NCBI GenBank assembly: GCA_016875135.1
Contig: VGSE01000002.1
Span: 1 to 47,110, forward strand
Direction of reading: 5' to 3'
Length of the DNA: 47,110 nucleotides
From: Deltaproteobacteria bacterium
GTDB taxonomy: Bacteria; Bdellovibrionota; FAC87; UBA2466
Position numbers and translations under genes: made by a program. Positions 46,898-47,110 of the stretch are shown here, in pieces. Each line of letters opens with the position of its first letter. Position 1 is the stretch's first letter. The notes beneath the pieces were generated by a model that worked only from the letters and a program-made list of their open reading frames with translations, was not told the origin of the DNA and did no database searches.

Positions 46898-47110
46898 TTA
46901 TAACTCAATAAGAAATGGGCTTTTAGGCTGCTTATGCGTCTTCGGTGATTTCAACGCCTTGGGCGGGCGGCCTCCCACCGCGGATCGGCCCCCTTCTTCA
47001 GGGTTTCTGAGCCATTCGCCCCACTTCCGCATCCCCCAAATAGAATTATTCACCGGCTCGCCGTTGCAGAAGAGGTCTCGAAGGGGGGATAAACGGGAAC
47101 TTCCCCGTAC
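46898..47110 (-). CDS. Partial ORF (last 70 codons; enters from beyond the right edge), GC-rich; possible integrase/transposase-type C-terminus (very tentative)
   Basis: Hand translation: VRGSSRLSPLRDLFCNGEPVNNSIWGMRKWGEWLRNPEEGGRSAVGGRPPKALKSPKTHKQPKSPFLIEL*. It is open for all 213 nt to the window edge. It has a weak likeness to the rve-domain end W(L)..YN..RPH.ALGG..P. Local GC (~58% by eye) is well above the window average. Confidence 0.25.
   Translation of the reverse strand, partial: VRGSSRLSPLRDLFCNGEPVNNSIWGMRKWGEWLRNPEEGGRSAVGGRPPKALKSPKTHKQPKSPFLIEL

Noticed and set aside
46688-47110. A group II intron 5' end (GUGCGCC at 46688-46694, +), or a riboswitch in the leader of the secreted-protein gene (-).
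   Set aside because: Beyond the 5' pentamer I found no domain I landmarks, and on the minus strand no domain V (34-nt GNRA hairpin with an AGC triad). By eye I compared the leader with c-di-GMP-I, ykkC/guanidine-I, cobalamin, RNase P, tmRNA and SRP signatures and found only a fortuitous CUAGGUUCGG. I left it as an unexplained structured, GC-rich region rather than naming a family.
1-47110. Scan for CRISPR arrays, rRNA genes, intact IS elements, prophage, or known defence or toxin-antitoxin gene pairs.
   Set aside because: I saw no regularly spaced direct repeats, rRNA signatures, complete transposase or integrase genes, or recognisable defence-gene domains. The SRPBCC/RatA-like gene (20371..20817) has no RatB-type partner, and the 60-aa RHH-like ORF (35892..36074) has no adjacent toxin.

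Overview
47.1 kb, roughly 40-45% GC by eye, from a bacterial chromosome. Taxon cannot be fixed from sequence; DciA, a SWIB protein, a sigma-54 two-component pair and a carbamoyltransferase/SxtJ cassette would fit a Bdellovibrionota/Oligoflexia-like organism, but that is a guess. Most of the window is housekeeping and minus-strand. It includes a complete rimP-nusA-infB-rbfA-truB-rpsO-pnp operon, class A PBP, nusB-glyA-rpiB-fabF-acpP, hflX, glpX, dut and a UgpBAEC/MalK-type ABC importer. Four genes are absent from the ORF track and were translated by hand: a PBP transpeptidase running off the left edge (1..771, -), a 50-aa DUF5989-like peptide (831..983, -), tatA (3356..3523, +) and a GC-rich partial ORF running off the right edge (46898..47110, -). 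No CRISPR array, rRNA or convincing tRNA was found. Main observations outside standard annotation: (1) an exact sigma-54 promoter with no gene to drive, in a 670-bp ORF-free gap, suggesting a sigma-54-dependent sRNA; (2) a modular intergenic repeat in four partial or complete copies, whose fullest copy looks like a promoter-to-terminator sRNA unit and two of whose copies abut truncated gene remnants (aldehyde dehydrogenase, OsmC-like); (3) a 68-bp tandem duplication that frameshifts the 3' end of the ABC ATPase gene; (4) a carbamoyltransferase-SxtJ-DUF5989 cassette of unknown function; (5) a MinD/ParA-like ATPase paired with an HPD-less J-like/RodZ-HTH protein; (6) PNPase with a ~157-aa Arg/Asp/Gly-rich tail; (7) a compositionally foreign, GC-rich right edge. 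All homology calls are motif recognition by eye; no searches were run.
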